Shown here in pieces: positions 63,876 through 64,000 of a stretch of DNA of 64,000 nt. The stretch comes from Lytechinus pictus (taxonomy: Eukaryota): contig NC_087257.1 of NCBI RefSeq assembly GCF_037042905.1, positions 26,474,001 through 26,538,000 of the forward strand, in the 5' to 3' direction. How positions within the stretch are numbered: position 1 is the stretch's first letter; the number at the start of each line of letters is the position of its first letter. The notes beneath the pieces were generated by a model. It was not told the DNA's origin. It saw only the letters and a program-made list of their open reading frames with translations, and ran no database searches. The position numbers and the translations under genes are program-made.

Positions 63876-64000
63876 GTCTACTACCCATTTGGTTTCCTGC
63901 TCATATGGCCTCATCCCATATGGTCTCATTACCATTCAGGCCCTTATTCTTGAAAGAGGATTCAATTGTATCATGGTACAAAGCCATGCATTATGCAGAT

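Overview
AT-rich animal genomic DNA, probably echinoderm (sea-urchin-like, inferred from the repeat landscape and poly-G tracts). It is mostly intronic sequence of one + strand gene, a GLCCI1/FAM117-family homologue. Four coding exons are supported by splice sites, phase and family motifs: 18056-18222, 54180-54251, 59871-60131 and 63389-63562. The first and last exons lie outside the window. The ~36 kb intron holds a young, 5'-truncated Penelope-like retroelement (30969-33554, 12-bp TSD) with an RT + GIY-YIG ORF broken by one frameshift and one stop, and a 3' end carrying CCAAT/TATA motifs and a minimal hammerhead ribozyme. The rest is a mosaic of non-autonomous DNA transposons, tRNA-derived SINEs, minisatellites and microsatellites. 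The most notable observations are: chains of TA-(N2-4)-TA motifs that look like accumulated Tc1/mariner excision footprints; the sense-strand ribozyme inside the host intron; a tandemly duplicated NAGNAG acceptor and exon start that could act as a poison splice site; a MITE hairpin whose arms co-vary between copies; and a CAGGGG-terminal MITE with 5-bp TSDs. All family assignments come from reading motifs by eye; no database searches were run.
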